Virus record (IMG/VR): IMGVR_UViG_3300028790_000006
Coordinates: 1-57,336 of that record
Reading direction: 5' to 3' (one strand)
DNA length: 57,336 nt
Source of the DNA: a virus
Lineage: Duplodnaviria; Caudoviricetes
How positions within the stretch are numbered: position 1 is the stretch's first letter; the number at the start of each line of letters is the position of its first letter. The notes under the pieces were generated by a model that searched no databases, had not been told where the DNA came from, and saw nothing but the letters and a program-made list of their open reading frames with translations. The position numbers and the translations under genes were made by a program. This document shows, one piece after another, positions 47,245-55,047 of this stretch.

Positions 47245-47985
47245 ATGCCGATCACCAGGGACGAGGTCGTGGCCCGGTCCTACGAGTGGGCACCTGACGC
47301 CACGGTCGACTACAGCCAGGCGGGCCCGCCTCACAAGGGCGCCCGCCCCGACTGCTCGGGCTACATCGCGTACTGTCTCGGCCTGCCCGGCTACGGGTTC
47401 AGTACCGTCAATCTGCCAACCGTGTGCCATCGGTTGGGGTCGGCCAGCGAGCTGCGACCCGGCGACCTGATCGGCAATCTGGGCCCTGGCACCGGCGGCA
47501 ACGCGGGCCACGTCCAGCTGTTCATCGAGTGGACGGCAACCGGGCTGTTCATCGCAGAGCAGGCCGGGGGCCGGAAAGGCCCATGGCACCACGCCATCAA
47601 GGCGATCAGCTCGGGCTACGCGCCATGGCGGTTCAACGACATTGTCGACGTCCTGCCACCACCACAATTCGAGGGGGACCCCATGCACAGAGTCCGTTCT
47701 GGCGCCGGCGACGGCTCGATCTACCTGGTTCCCGGCTACTCGGCCCCGGACGGACGGATGGCCGCGTTCGGGCTCGATGGACCCAACGACGTGGCCTATT
47801 CGGCCGTCCCGCTCGTGCAGCTGCCGGACGGCGTCAGCGTGCCGGCGTCGGGCAAGTACAACGTCGGCGCGCCGGTGGCGTGGCCGACCGGCGGTGGCTC
47901 GGGCGGCGGGACCGGGGCCAGCCCGGCCGAGGTCCGCACGATCGTCAGGTCCGAGCTGGACAAGACCAAACTGGGTACCAGCTGA
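47245..47985 (+). CDS. Endolysin, NlpC/P60-type peptidase
   Basis: RPDCSGY, LRPGDLI, GHVQLF; upstream of the holin. Confidence 0.8.
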   Translation: MPITRDEVVARSYEWAPDATVDYSQAGPPHKGARPDCSGYIAYCLGLPGYGFSTVNLPTVCHRLGSASELRPGDLIGNLGPGTGGNAGHVQLFIEWTATGLFIAEQAGGRKGPWHHAIKAISSGYAPWRFNDIVDVLPPPQFEGDPMHRVRSGAGDGSIYLVPGYSAPDGRMAAFGLDGPNDVAYSAVPLVQLPDGVSVPASGKYNVGAPVAWPTGGGSGGGTGASPAEVRTIVRSELDKTKLGTS

Positions 47986-47988
47986 GTT

Positions 47989-48378
47989 ATGGAGATCACC
48001 GTTGACGCGTCCGTCCTGGCCGCGGGCCTGGGCGCGCTCGGCGGCGTCATCACCACGGCATCGCTGGCCTGGACAAAAGTGGTCAAGCCGTTGCGCACCA
48101 CCATGGAGCGGTTCCGACTCTTCGCCGAAGACTGGTCTGGCGAGCCTGGCCGCCCTGGCGTGGCCGAGCGCCCGGGCATGATGGTGCGCATGGCCGCGGT
48201 CGAGGCCGAGTTCAAGCCCAACCATGGCGGCTCGATGCGCGACTCGCTGAACCGCCTTGAGGCCAGCATGGCCAGCCACCTGGCCAGCCACGCCGTGGTG
48301 CTCGCCGCTCCGTCGCCGCCCTCGCTACTGTCCGATGGCACACATCACTCCGACAACAACTCTGGGGGCATGCCGTGA
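47989..48378 (+). CDS. Membrane protein of the lysis cassette
   Basis: N-terminal TM; PNHGGSMRD motif common in actinophage lysis cassettes. Confidence 0.75.
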   Translation: MEITVDASVLAAGLGALGGVITTASLAWTKVVKPLRTTMERFRLFAEDWSGEPGRPGVAERPGMMVRMAAVEAEFKPNHGGSMRDSLNRLEASMASHLASHAVVLAAPSPPSLLSDGTHHSDNNSGGMP

Positions 48379-48611
48379 TCTGGTCGAAGGCGTTCTGGAA
48401 GGCCACCGCCGAGCGGGCGCTGAGCACCGGCGCCCAGGCGGCGCTGCTGGCCTGGGGCGGCGGCACGCTGCCGGCGGTCAGCCTGCCGTGGTGGACGGTG
48501 CCGGCCGCGTTCGGCGGCGGCGCGGTGCTGGGCGTGCTCAAGGGCCTGGCCGTCAACGCGGTGACCGGGGACGGGCCGGGCCTCACCGATGCCGAAGGTC
48601 TGACCGAGTGA
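48375..48611 (+). CDS. Holin (r1t-like)
   Basis: FWKATAERALSTGAQAALL; two TM segments. Confidence 0.85.
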   Translation: MIWSKAFWKATAERALSTGAQAALLAWGGGTLPAVSLPWWTVPAAFGGGAVLGVLKGLAVNAVTGDGPGLTDAEGLTE

Positions 48612-48785
48612 AGTGGATCCGGGGCGGACTGCGAGTCGAACGCCTGCGTCGAGGTGGCCGCCATCGGCACGGGCACGGTGGCGCTGCGCTCCAGCGAGTT
48701 GCCGCTGGACAAGCTGCGCGTCACCCGCGAGGAGTGGGTGGCCTTCGTGGCCGCGGTCAAGGCCGGCACGTTCGACGAGGTCTGA
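48608..48785 (+). CDS. DUF397 protein (apparent extra G in the G4 run at 48621-48624)
   Basis: MKWIR then ADCESNACVEVA..VALRSS..TREEWVAFVAAVKAGTFD; not in the ORF track. Confidence 0.75.
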
Positions 48786-48792
48786 GTGCGAC

Positions 48793-48814
48793 GCCACTTG
48801 ACGCGTCAAGTGGC
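48793..48814 (+). promoter_or_regulatory. Operator/promoter motif copy 10, perfect 22-bp palindrome
   Basis: GCCACTTGACGCGTCAAGTGGC; TTGACG-17-TACCGT-7-ATG(48834). Confidence 0.85.
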
Positions 48815-48833
48815 CGGCCGTACCGTCGGGCAG

Positions 48834-49923
48834 ATGAATGCTCCAACGATGTACCGCTGGAAGTTCGCCGCGGCTCTGGTCGCGTTCGTTGTCCTGCTGG
48901 CGCTGGCCGGCGTGGCCGTGCTCTCGACCGGCGCCAACGCGTCCGCCGCGCAGCAGCTCGCAGCCCGCGGGCTGAACTGCACGCAGACCGACAAGGCCAA
49001 CGGCGGCTTCGTCCTCGACTGCGACCCCCCGGGAGGCACCCCATCATCACCGGCAAGCTCCTCCGCATCACCCAGCTCGACGCCGACGGCCAGCCCCTCG
49101 GCGAGTCCGTCTTCATCGACTGCCAGCCCGAGCTCGAGCGCTTCGACTTCGCCATCCTCGACGCCCGTACCGACGGCCTCGCCAACTGGGCCGCAGACGA
49201 ACTGTCAGGCGGCGCCGGGGCGCTGCGGGTACCCGGACGCGATGTCGACCGGGGCGAGCTCGGCGGCCGCGGGGACAGTACTGAGCGGTAACCGGACCTT
49301 CACGGTGGCCGGCCAGGTCGTCGCCAACACCACGATCAACGGCTGCGTTCCGAAATGTCGTGTTCAACGCGGGCGGCTGTTTCTGGGGCGTGCGCAACTT
49401 CGCGACCGGGCTGGCCGTAATCGACTCGACGCTGACCTGCGCGGGCACCAACGGCACCGGCTTCGGGTCGACCGACCTGTCCCTGCTGCGGGTGGAGATC
49501 ACGCGCTGCGAGAACGGTCTGAACGTGGCCGGCCGGGTGTCGGTGGTCGACTCCTGGATCCACGACATGAACGGCGGCCAGGGCGGCGCTCACACCGACG
49601 GCGCCCAGTTCAACGAGGGCGCCAGCGACATCGTGTTTCAGCACAACACGATCAACGTCGGTCCGGCCAACGGCGCGACCTCGGCCATCATCATGTGGGA
49701 TGAGGGCGGCTCGCAGAACGCGCGGGTGACGATCTCGGGCAACCTGCTCGCCGGCGGGACCTATGTGTTGTACTGCGGGCGCGAGGGGACGATCGACCGG
49801 GTCCGGGTGACCGGGAACCGGTTCGGCACCTTCGAGTACGGCTACGCCAACGCCTGCAACAACGGGGAGACCTGGTCGGGCAACGTGAGCGACCGGACCG
49901 GGTTGGCCCTGGCCGCCGCGTAG
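48834..49923 (+). pseudogene. Secreted right-handed beta-helix (pectin lyase-like) protein, frame break at ~49349
   Basis: Signal peptide, S/P/T linker, CGYPD; continuation frame has HTDGAQ, HNTI, SAI, ISGNLLAGGTYVLYC. Confidence 0.7.
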
Positions 49924-49962
49924 GCTCGAGGTCTCTTGCCAAAGAGACCTCGGTGAGGCAAC

Positions 49963-50005
49963 AAAAAAGCCCCGCAGGACGCCGGGTGACCGGGCCTGCG
50001 GGGCT
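49963..50005 (-). terminator. Intrinsic terminator of the leftward operon
   Basis: AGCCCCGCAGG/CCTGCGGGGCT stem followed by a T-run on the minus strand; a second hairpin at 49927-49952. Confidence 0.8.
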
Positions 50006-50023
50006 CCTTCGTGGTTGGCTGAA

Positions 50024-50620
50024 CTACGCGGCTTCGACGTGCGCGGGGACCTCGACCGGCTTCCCGTTCAGCGCCGCCACCTTCGACTCCCGGGCCAGCA
50101 CCGCGGCGGCCTCCCTGAACCGCTGCCCGTCCATCTCGGCCTTGATGACCGCCGGAGTCACCGGCACCTGCTGGACCGGCGCAGGATCGGCCTGGGCCAT
50201 CACCAGCGGGCGCAGCTGCCGGACCTTGCGGGAGACCTCGACCAGCGACAGGGCGCAAACCGCCATCGCTCCATCAATGATGATGGGATACAGCCGTGCG
50301 TGGTCGGCCTCGAACCCAAGGTCGAGGATGAACGCGCGCTGCTGACCGTACGAGACCCAACCCGCGAGGCCGACCACGACGACCGTGGCAGCGACTCGAC
50401 CGATCGAGACCGACCAGTGGGTGCTGGGGATCCGGCTGACCAGCTCAAGGCAGATCAGCACGAACAGAGGGGGGGTGCCGCCAACGATCTGGGCACCGAG
50501 ATTCGCGGGGGCGTGCATCACGTTCAGGGTCATGGTGATACCCAGGCCAATCAGGGTGGCGACCGTGACGACGATCCACATGCGCGTGAAGTAGCGCAGC
50601 TCGAGCTTTTCCTTGGTCAT
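50024..50620 (-). CDS. DUF2637-like multi-pass membrane protein
   Basis: LNVMHA, PPLFVLICLEL, VSY, YPIIIDG; four hydrophobic stretches. Confidence 0.75.
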   Translation of the reverse strand: MTKEKLELRYFTRMWIVVTVATLIGLGITMTLNVMHAPANLGAQIVGGTPPLFVLICLELVSRIPSTHWSVSIGRVAATVVVVGLAGWVSYGQQRAFILDLGFEADHARLYPIIIDGAMAVCALSLVEVSRKVRQLRPLVMAQADPAPVQQVPVTPAVIKAEMDGQRFREAAAVLARESKVAALNGKPVEVPAHVEAA

Positions 50621-50708
50621 GGTGTCTCCCAACACTCGTGACCGACAACTGCGACCAGCGGCCGCATGGCGCCGGCCGGGCCCACGATGAGGTGCCCGGC
50701 CGGCCTGA

Positions 50709-50996
50709 TCAGATCATCCGTACTGCGTAGGTGCTCTCGCCGAAGCACGACTGGAGCTTGCACTCCCGGTCGCACCCCAGCCAGACGTCCCAGCCCTGGG
50801 CGGGGCTTTCCGAGATCCAGAGCAGCTTTCCCCACGCGTCGGGCTCGACCGCACTGCCGTGGCAGTGGGCAATCTCGATTTCGTTGAGGTACAGCCACAG
50901 CTGGTCGGTCGGGATCTGGCCCTGCCAGGTGCCGTTCTGCGGCACGCGGCGCGGCGAGCTGAACAGCAGCGGATAGGTCTTTTCGGTCTCACTCAT
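50709..50996 (-). CDS. Hypothetical protein
   Basis: MSETEKTYPLL...; GGGAG RBS. Confidence 0.65.
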   Translation of the reverse strand: MSETEKTYPLLFSSPRRVPQNGTWQGQIPTDQLWLYLNEIEIAHCHGSAVEPDAWGKLLWISESPAQGWDVWLGCDRECKLQSCFGESTYAVRMI

Positions 50997-51282
50997 TCGC
51001 GTCTCCCAACGCTCATGGCGGATAGTTCCGCGTGTCACGTCGGGGCTCGCTCCCGATTGCCGCTAGTCCGTAACCCGGGCCGTGGGCCCTGCACCATCCC
51101 CTACTCACTTGGCGGGATCGGTTTCCCTTAGGCAGTTGTCGTACGCCCCTGGCAACGCCCGTCGTTACGCCTCGGGTGGCGGGCAGTTTGCCCGGGGCCG
51201 GAGCCCCTTGGTCTGCCAACAACGTGGAGCGCCAGGGCTTGAACCTCGGTGCCGGGGCCGGGCCCCCTCTCGCTCCCTCCGA
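50997..51282 (-). ncRNA. Putative structured non-coding leader/RNA B
   Basis: About 285 nt without a credible ORF; many hairpins, including a tRNA-like acceptor/T-arm module at 51225-51276. Confidence 0.45.
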
Positions 51283-51420
51283 TCAGAGCTGCGTCATGAC
51301 ACCGTGCGCGTGCGCGTGGTGCTTTTCGGCTGGCGCCTTGTCGTGCTTCCAGCTCGCACCACCGTTGTTGGTGGTGATCCGCTGGTCGCACGTGGCGCAC
51401 TTGCTCTCGAATCGGTGCAT
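51283..51420 (-). CDS. Small Cys/His metal-binding protein (45 aa)
   Basis: MHRFESKCATCDQRI..WKH..HHAHAH; GGGAGG RBS. Confidence 0.7.
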   Translation of the reverse strand: MHRFESKCATCDQRITTNNGGASWKHDKAPAEKHHAHAHGVMTQL

Positions 51421-51703
51421 GGCTACCTCCCAGTAGCTATGGCGGCGTGTTCCGCGTGCCCGGTGGAGCGGGTTTGGGAGAACCACAGGTGCTCCACCGG
51501 GCTGGCCACGTTTCGCTGCTGCGTCGCGCCGGTGTCGCTGGCGTTCGCGCTGCTCGCCCGTGGCCGGGCGCTTCGACTGTTTGCGTCGGATTCAATGTCT
51601 CCCCGGGCTGGTTCTCTGGCTTGCCGACCGCGTGCCCGGGTTGATCTCCCTGGCCTTCGATCGGGGCGGAGCCCCGGTTCGTCTGTAGTTCTCCCTTGCT
51701 CTA
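51421..51703 (-). ncRNA. Putative structured non-coding leader/RNA A
   Basis: About 280 nt after a strong promoter; stems GCCCGGTGGAGC/GCTCCACCGGGC, CGCCCG/CGGGCG, CGGGGC/GCCCCG. Confidence 0.45.
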
Positions 51704-51708
51704 CCTCA

Positions 51709-51737
51709 AGTATAACGCGTGGCGCCACGCGTAGCAA
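51709..51737 (-). promoter_or_regulatory. Strong SigA/HrdB-type promoter with a palindromic spacer
   Basis: TTGCTA-17-TATACT; perfect palindrome ACGCGTGGCGCCACGCGT at 51715-51732. Confidence 0.75.
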
Positions 51738-51843
51738 CCTGTCAAGGGGGTCCGGGGCCGAGTTCTTCTGTCAGGTTCCCGACACTCGTGGTTTCTCGCG
51801 TGGCTGCTGGCGCGGTGACGCGCGTAGCGCTACGGTGGCAGCC

Positions 51844-52122
51844 ATGACAACGACACTGACCGAACACGAAGAGGCGGCCGTCCAGGCCGCGCGCAACGCG
51901 CGGCTGCTGGGCGAAGAGCGGCGGGCCCTGCTCGCGCAGCTGGCCGAGGTCGAGGACGAGCTGGCCGGCCAGATGCAGGCCATGCGGACCGGTGGAGCGA
52001 CCTGGGTTGAGATCATGCTGGCCAGCGGCTATACCTCGCACGAAGGCGTCAAGAAGATCTGTGACCCGGTGCGCCGTGAGGCCCGCAACCGTGCCGAGCG
52101 CGCCCGGCGAGCTCGGGCATGA
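51844..52122 (+). CDS. HTH DNA-binding protein
   Basis: GATWVEIMLASGYTSHEGVKK; TACGGT-7-ATG. Confidence 0.7.
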   Translation: MTTTLTEHEEAAVQAARNARLLGEERRALLAQLAEVEDELAGQMQAMRTGGATWVEIMLASGYTSHEGVKKICDPVRREARNRAERARRARA

Positions 52123-52349
52123 CAAGGCTGAGCGGAATGCAGATGCTCGCCCTCATCGAGATCCGCGAGACCGGACGTTCGAGCGCGGCGACGCGAACGC
52201 TGCGGTCGCTGCAGTGGGGGCACCGGCTCATCGAGCCGGTCTGCGATGGGGACGCCTGGGCGCTGACCGAGGCCGGCCGGGAGGAGTCCGTGCTCCGCGA
52301 CGGCACCGTGCTGGCCGCGGCGTCGGCGCGCTCCGCGCTGGACCGCTGA
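52119..52349 (+). CDS. Small winged-helix-like protein
   Basis: LSGMQMLAL..TLRSL..LIE..WALTEAGRE. Confidence 0.6.
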   Translation: MTRLSGMQMLALIEIRETGRSSAATRTLRSLQWGHRLIEPVCDGDAWALTEAGREESVLRDGTVLAAASARSALDR

Positions 52350-52366
52350 CGGGGTAACGGACTGCG

Positions 52367-52400
52367 GGCGCCGCCCAGCTTGTGACTGGGCGGCGCCTTT
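52367..52400. terminator. Terminator between convergent genes
   Basis: GGCGCCGCCCAG/CTGGGCGGCGCC followed by TTT. Confidence 0.75.
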
Positions 52401-52437
52401 GTCGTGCCGGTCTGGATCGGGCGACACGGGACCCAGG

Positions 52438-52623
52438 TTAGGTGCTCGATGTGGCGGGGTAGGGGTTGGCCATGAGCACACTGGACATGATCTTGTGGAT
52501 CTTCGCCACCCTCTGCTGGGGCGTGGCCGCGTTCGCCGGAGCGCCTGCCGCGACACCACGCCCGATCGTCGGCTGGTTCGGCTGGGGGTGGCTGGGCCTG
52601 GTGCTGGTCGGCCTGTCCGTCAT
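52438..52623 (-). CDS. Hypothetical microprotein
   Basis: ATGA overlap with the upstream gene. Confidence 0.5.
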   Translation of the reverse strand: MTDRPTSTRPSHPQPNQPTIGRGVAAGAPANAATPQQRVAKIHKIMSSVLMANPYPATSST

Positions 52624-53078
52624 CCTGCCTGGCTAAGCCTCGGGCGCTGGCGGGTGACCTGGACGCCGGCCGTGCGCTTGGCCCACGCCATGAGGTCGAC
52701 GAACTGGCGGTGCTCCTGGACCCGGCGGGCCCGGTCGGTAGCCAGCTGCGCCACCGCGTCGGCCAGCCCCATCGTTACCAGGGACGGGCGGGGCTTGGTC
52801 GCGACGGCCGGCTGCACCGCGGTGAGCGCCACGATGGACCGGGCGCCCTGCGGCCGCCGGTGGCGACCGGGCATCGTGGCGGCCTCGCCGGTGAGCGGCG
52901 CAGGCACGAGCTGGTCGGCCCGCAGGTCCAGGAACATCTCGTGCGTGTCGAGCAGGTGCTTGCGGAACTCGAGCGCCTTAGCTCGCCCGCGCAGGGTTAC
53001 CAGGGTCATGCCGATGCCGCAGGCGAACACGGCCAGGTGCGTGATGATCAGGACTATCAGTCGCAACATGTCGGTCAT
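52620..53078 (-). CDS. Membrane-anchored hypothetical protein
   Basis: N-terminal TM; GAGAGG RBS. Confidence 0.65.
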   Translation of the reverse strand: MTDMLRLIVLIITHLAVFACGIGMTLVTLRGRAKALEFRKHLLDTHEMFLDLRADQLVPAPLTGEAATMPGRHRRPQGARSIVALTAVQPAVATKPRPSLVTMGLADAVAQLATDRARRVQEHRQFVDLMAWAKRTAGVQVTRQRPRLSQAG

Positions 53079-53124
53079 CCTCTCGCCGTGATGCCTTCCC
53101 CGTTGAGATCTGTCGCTGTGAGCG

Positions 53125-53214
53125 TGGCCACGGTGGGATTCGAACCCACGCGCACCGAACGCACCGCCTTCACGGTCCCAGGTGTCGGCGCTCTACCAGC
53201 TGAGCTACATGGCC
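53125..53214 (-). tRNA. tRNA-like RNA with an enlarged, non-canonical anticodon arm (isotype undetermined)
   Basis: GGCCATG/CGTGGCC acceptor, GCTC-AGCTGGTA-GAGC D-arm, GTGGG-TTCGAAT-CCCAC T-arm; 17 extra nt in the anticodon region; no encoded CCA. Confidence 0.75.
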
Positions 53215-53219
53215 AGTGT

Positions 53220-53253
53220 CGCGCCGGCCCGCACGGGAGTACGGGCCGGCGCG
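53220..53253 (-). terminator. 12-bp stem-loop after the SSB-like gene
   Basis: CGCGCCGGCCCG/CGGGCCGGCGCG. Confidence 0.65.
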
Positions 53254-53263
53254 GGTCAGAGGG

Positions 53264-54160
53264 CTAGAACGGCGGCAGGCCGACGGACACCCGCACCTGC
53301 GACTTCTGGTCCGGGTTGAGCTGGGCCCAGTTGTCGGGCGTCCAGCCGGACGCGACCAGCTGGGGCTCGAGGGCGGGCGCCTGCGGCATGACAGGGAGAG
53401 CGGCAGGGACCGGCGTGAAGCCGACGTTGACCAGAGCAGCCTGCGACTGCTGGGCCTGCCAGGCCGCGAACGCGTCGGCCGCCGGCGGGGCCGTGGGAAC
53501 TGGCGGCGCGGTCGGCATGGGCGGCATGACCGGCGCCGGAGCGGCCGGGGGCATGGGTGGGGTTGCGGTCGGGGTGTAGCCGTAGTTCACCTGAGGGGGC
53601 ATCGGGGCGCCGGGTGCCGCGGTGGCCTTGACCGGCTGCGGCACGCCCGGGATGGGTGCCGGCGCGTTGTAGGCGATCGCGCCGGCCGCCAGGGCGGTAT
53701 AGATCTGGATGGCCCGGTCCATGAGCGGCGTGCCGGCCACCGCCACCAGGTTGAACGGCTTGCGGCCGAAGTCGCTGCGCTCGATGCGGCCCAGGATGAG
53801 CTGGCCGACCAGCGGCTGGCCGCCGGGCGCCAGGGCGTTGACGATGGTCTGGTTGCTGACCCAGCAGCCGTCGAACTTGGCCGGGCCGGCCACCTGCAGG
53901 TAGTGCGGCTTCGGGTCCTGCTCCCACTCGGGGCTGCCGCCGAACGCGATGGGCGCGCCGCCCGGCGTCTCCAGCAGGATCAGGTCGGTGGTGACCCGAT
54001 CGCGCGGGTCGCTGCCGCCCACGCCTTTCTCGTTGCCGGGCGCTCCGGCCTTCGTGAACTCGCGCGGCGAGTAGGCCACCAGGCAGCCGACCAAGTCCCG
54101 CGGGCGCGGTGCCGGATCGGGGGCGCCTGGCGCGGCCGGGCTGCTGAACGGGTTGGTCAT
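53264..54160 (-). CDS. Probable ssDNA-binding/recombination protein with a Pro-rich tail
   Basis: OB-like beta core, long Pro/Ala tail ending PPF; GAAAGG RBS; near the exonuclease. Confidence 0.55.
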   Translation of the reverse strand: MTNPFSSPAAPGAPDPAPRPRDLVGCLVAYSPREFTKAGAPGNEKGVGGSDPRDRVTTDLILLETPGGAPIAFGGSPEWEQDPKPHYLQVAGPAKFDGCWVSNQTIVNALAPGGQPLVGQLILGRIERSDFGRKPFNLVAVAGTPLMDRAIQIYTALAAGAIAYNAPAPIPGVPQPVKATAAPGAPMPPQVNYGYTPTATPPMPPAAPAPVMPPMPTAPPVPTAPPAADAFAAWQAQQSQAALVNVGFTPVPAALPVMPQAPALEPQLVASGWTPDNWAQLNPDQKSQVRVSVGLPPF

Positions 54161-54215
54161 GATGGAGCCTTTCGTCTGTGTGTTCGATGTCTGTGTGCGG
54201 TCGACGCTACTGCGA

Positions 54216-54235
54216 GACCTAGTGACGTGTCAAGT
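54216..54235 (-). promoter_or_regulatory. Operator/promoter motif copy 11
   Basis: Minus strand ACTTGACACGTCACTAGGTC; TTGACA-18-TAGCGT. Confidence 0.88.
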
Positions 54236-54265
54236 GGTCAGGTGGTCGGCGCCGGCGGCACCGCA

Positions 54266-54388
54266 TCACTTACCTGGTTTCGGTTTCGGCGCGGCTGGAT
54301 GGCGCGGTGGGATCGGCGGCGGCTTGCGCTGCGGGAGCGGCTTGGGCGGCGGGCGCGGACGGCGCGGGTCGGGGCGGTGCTCGGCCAC
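54266..54388 (-). CDS. 40-aa proline-rich cationic peptide 3
   Basis: MAEHRPDPRRPRPPPKPLPQRKPPPIPPRHPAAPKPKPGK; TAGTG overlap with the upstream stop. Confidence 0.65.
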   Translation of the reverse strand: MAEHRPDPRRPRPPPKPLPQRKPPPIPPRHPAAPKPKPGK

Positions 54389-54513
54389 TAGCGGCGCTTG
54401 CGGGAGCGGACGAGCAGGAAGATCGCCCCGGTCAGCAGGAGCGCGAAGATCAGCGCCGCCGGTCCGGGCAGGCCACTCTGGGGCGCGTTGGGGTCCAGCG
54501 CGGCGGGGATCAC
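54388..54513 (-). CDS. Small membrane peptide with a basic tail (41 aa)
   Basis: ALIFALLLTGAIFLLVRSRKRR; GTGA overlap. Confidence 0.6.
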   Translation of the reverse strand: MIPAALDPNAPQSGLPGPAALIFALLLTGAIFLLVRSRKRR

Positions 54514-54725
54514 GTTGAGCTCACCGCCCTGAAGACTTCGGCGAAGCGCTTGGCGTCGTAGTCGCCGGCGCAGATGACCAGCCACGCGGCCAGCCGAATG
54601 GCCTGCTCGCTGGGGATGGGGCCGACCGGCGGCAGGACCATACCCACAGAATCGCCATTGGACCCGACGAAATGATCATTCTTGACGCTGATCTCGGACT
54701 CGGTCGATTCAGACGTTTCGGTCAC
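54510..54725 (-). CDS. Hypothetical protein
   Basis: In-frame GTG of ORF 54510..54890; EQAIRLAAWLV. Confidence 0.55.
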   Translation of the reverse strand: MTETSESTESEISVKNDHFVGSNGDSVGMVLPPVGPIPSEQAIRLAAWLVICAGDYDAKRFAEVFRAVSST

Positions 54726-55047
54726 GACGACGCTCCCATTCGGATTCTTCGACCAGGACCAGGGTGGCCTCGGACGTGTCGGTGGTCTCCAGGCCTGCGA
54801 CCACCCAGATACCGTCCGGGCCGACCAGGCGGTACAGGCCGTGCGGCCCGATGGTGGCGACTGTGACAGCGCGTTGGCCTGCGCGGCCAACGTTGATGCC
54901 GTCCACGTAGGCGAAGATCAGGGCGGCCAGCATCGGCAGGCCAGCCAGGAGTGACAGCCACCAGGGCTGGACGGCGAACCCGATGGCGATGAAGCTGGCC
55001 GGCGCCAGCACGTTGGCCGCGAGAGTGACCGCGCGCACCCGAGTCAC
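54709..55047 (-). CDS. Two-TM membrane protein
   Basis: Hydrophobic N-terminal half; GTGA overlap with the exonuclease stop. Confidence 0.65.
   Translation of the reverse strand: MTRVRAVTLAANVLAPASFIAIGFAVQPWWLSLLAGLPMLAALIFAYVDGINVGRAGQRAVTVATIGPHGLYRLVGPDGIWVVAGLETTDTSEATLVLVEESEWERRRDRNV

Noticed and set aside
12760-49350. Multiple frameshifts as a coordinated phase-variation system
   Set aside because: The runs are short (2-5 nt) and heterogeneous; consensus indel errors explain them more simply until reads are checked.
53125-53214. tRNA-like gene as an attP remnant
   Set aside because: Both the 5' and 3' halves are present and no integrase was found.
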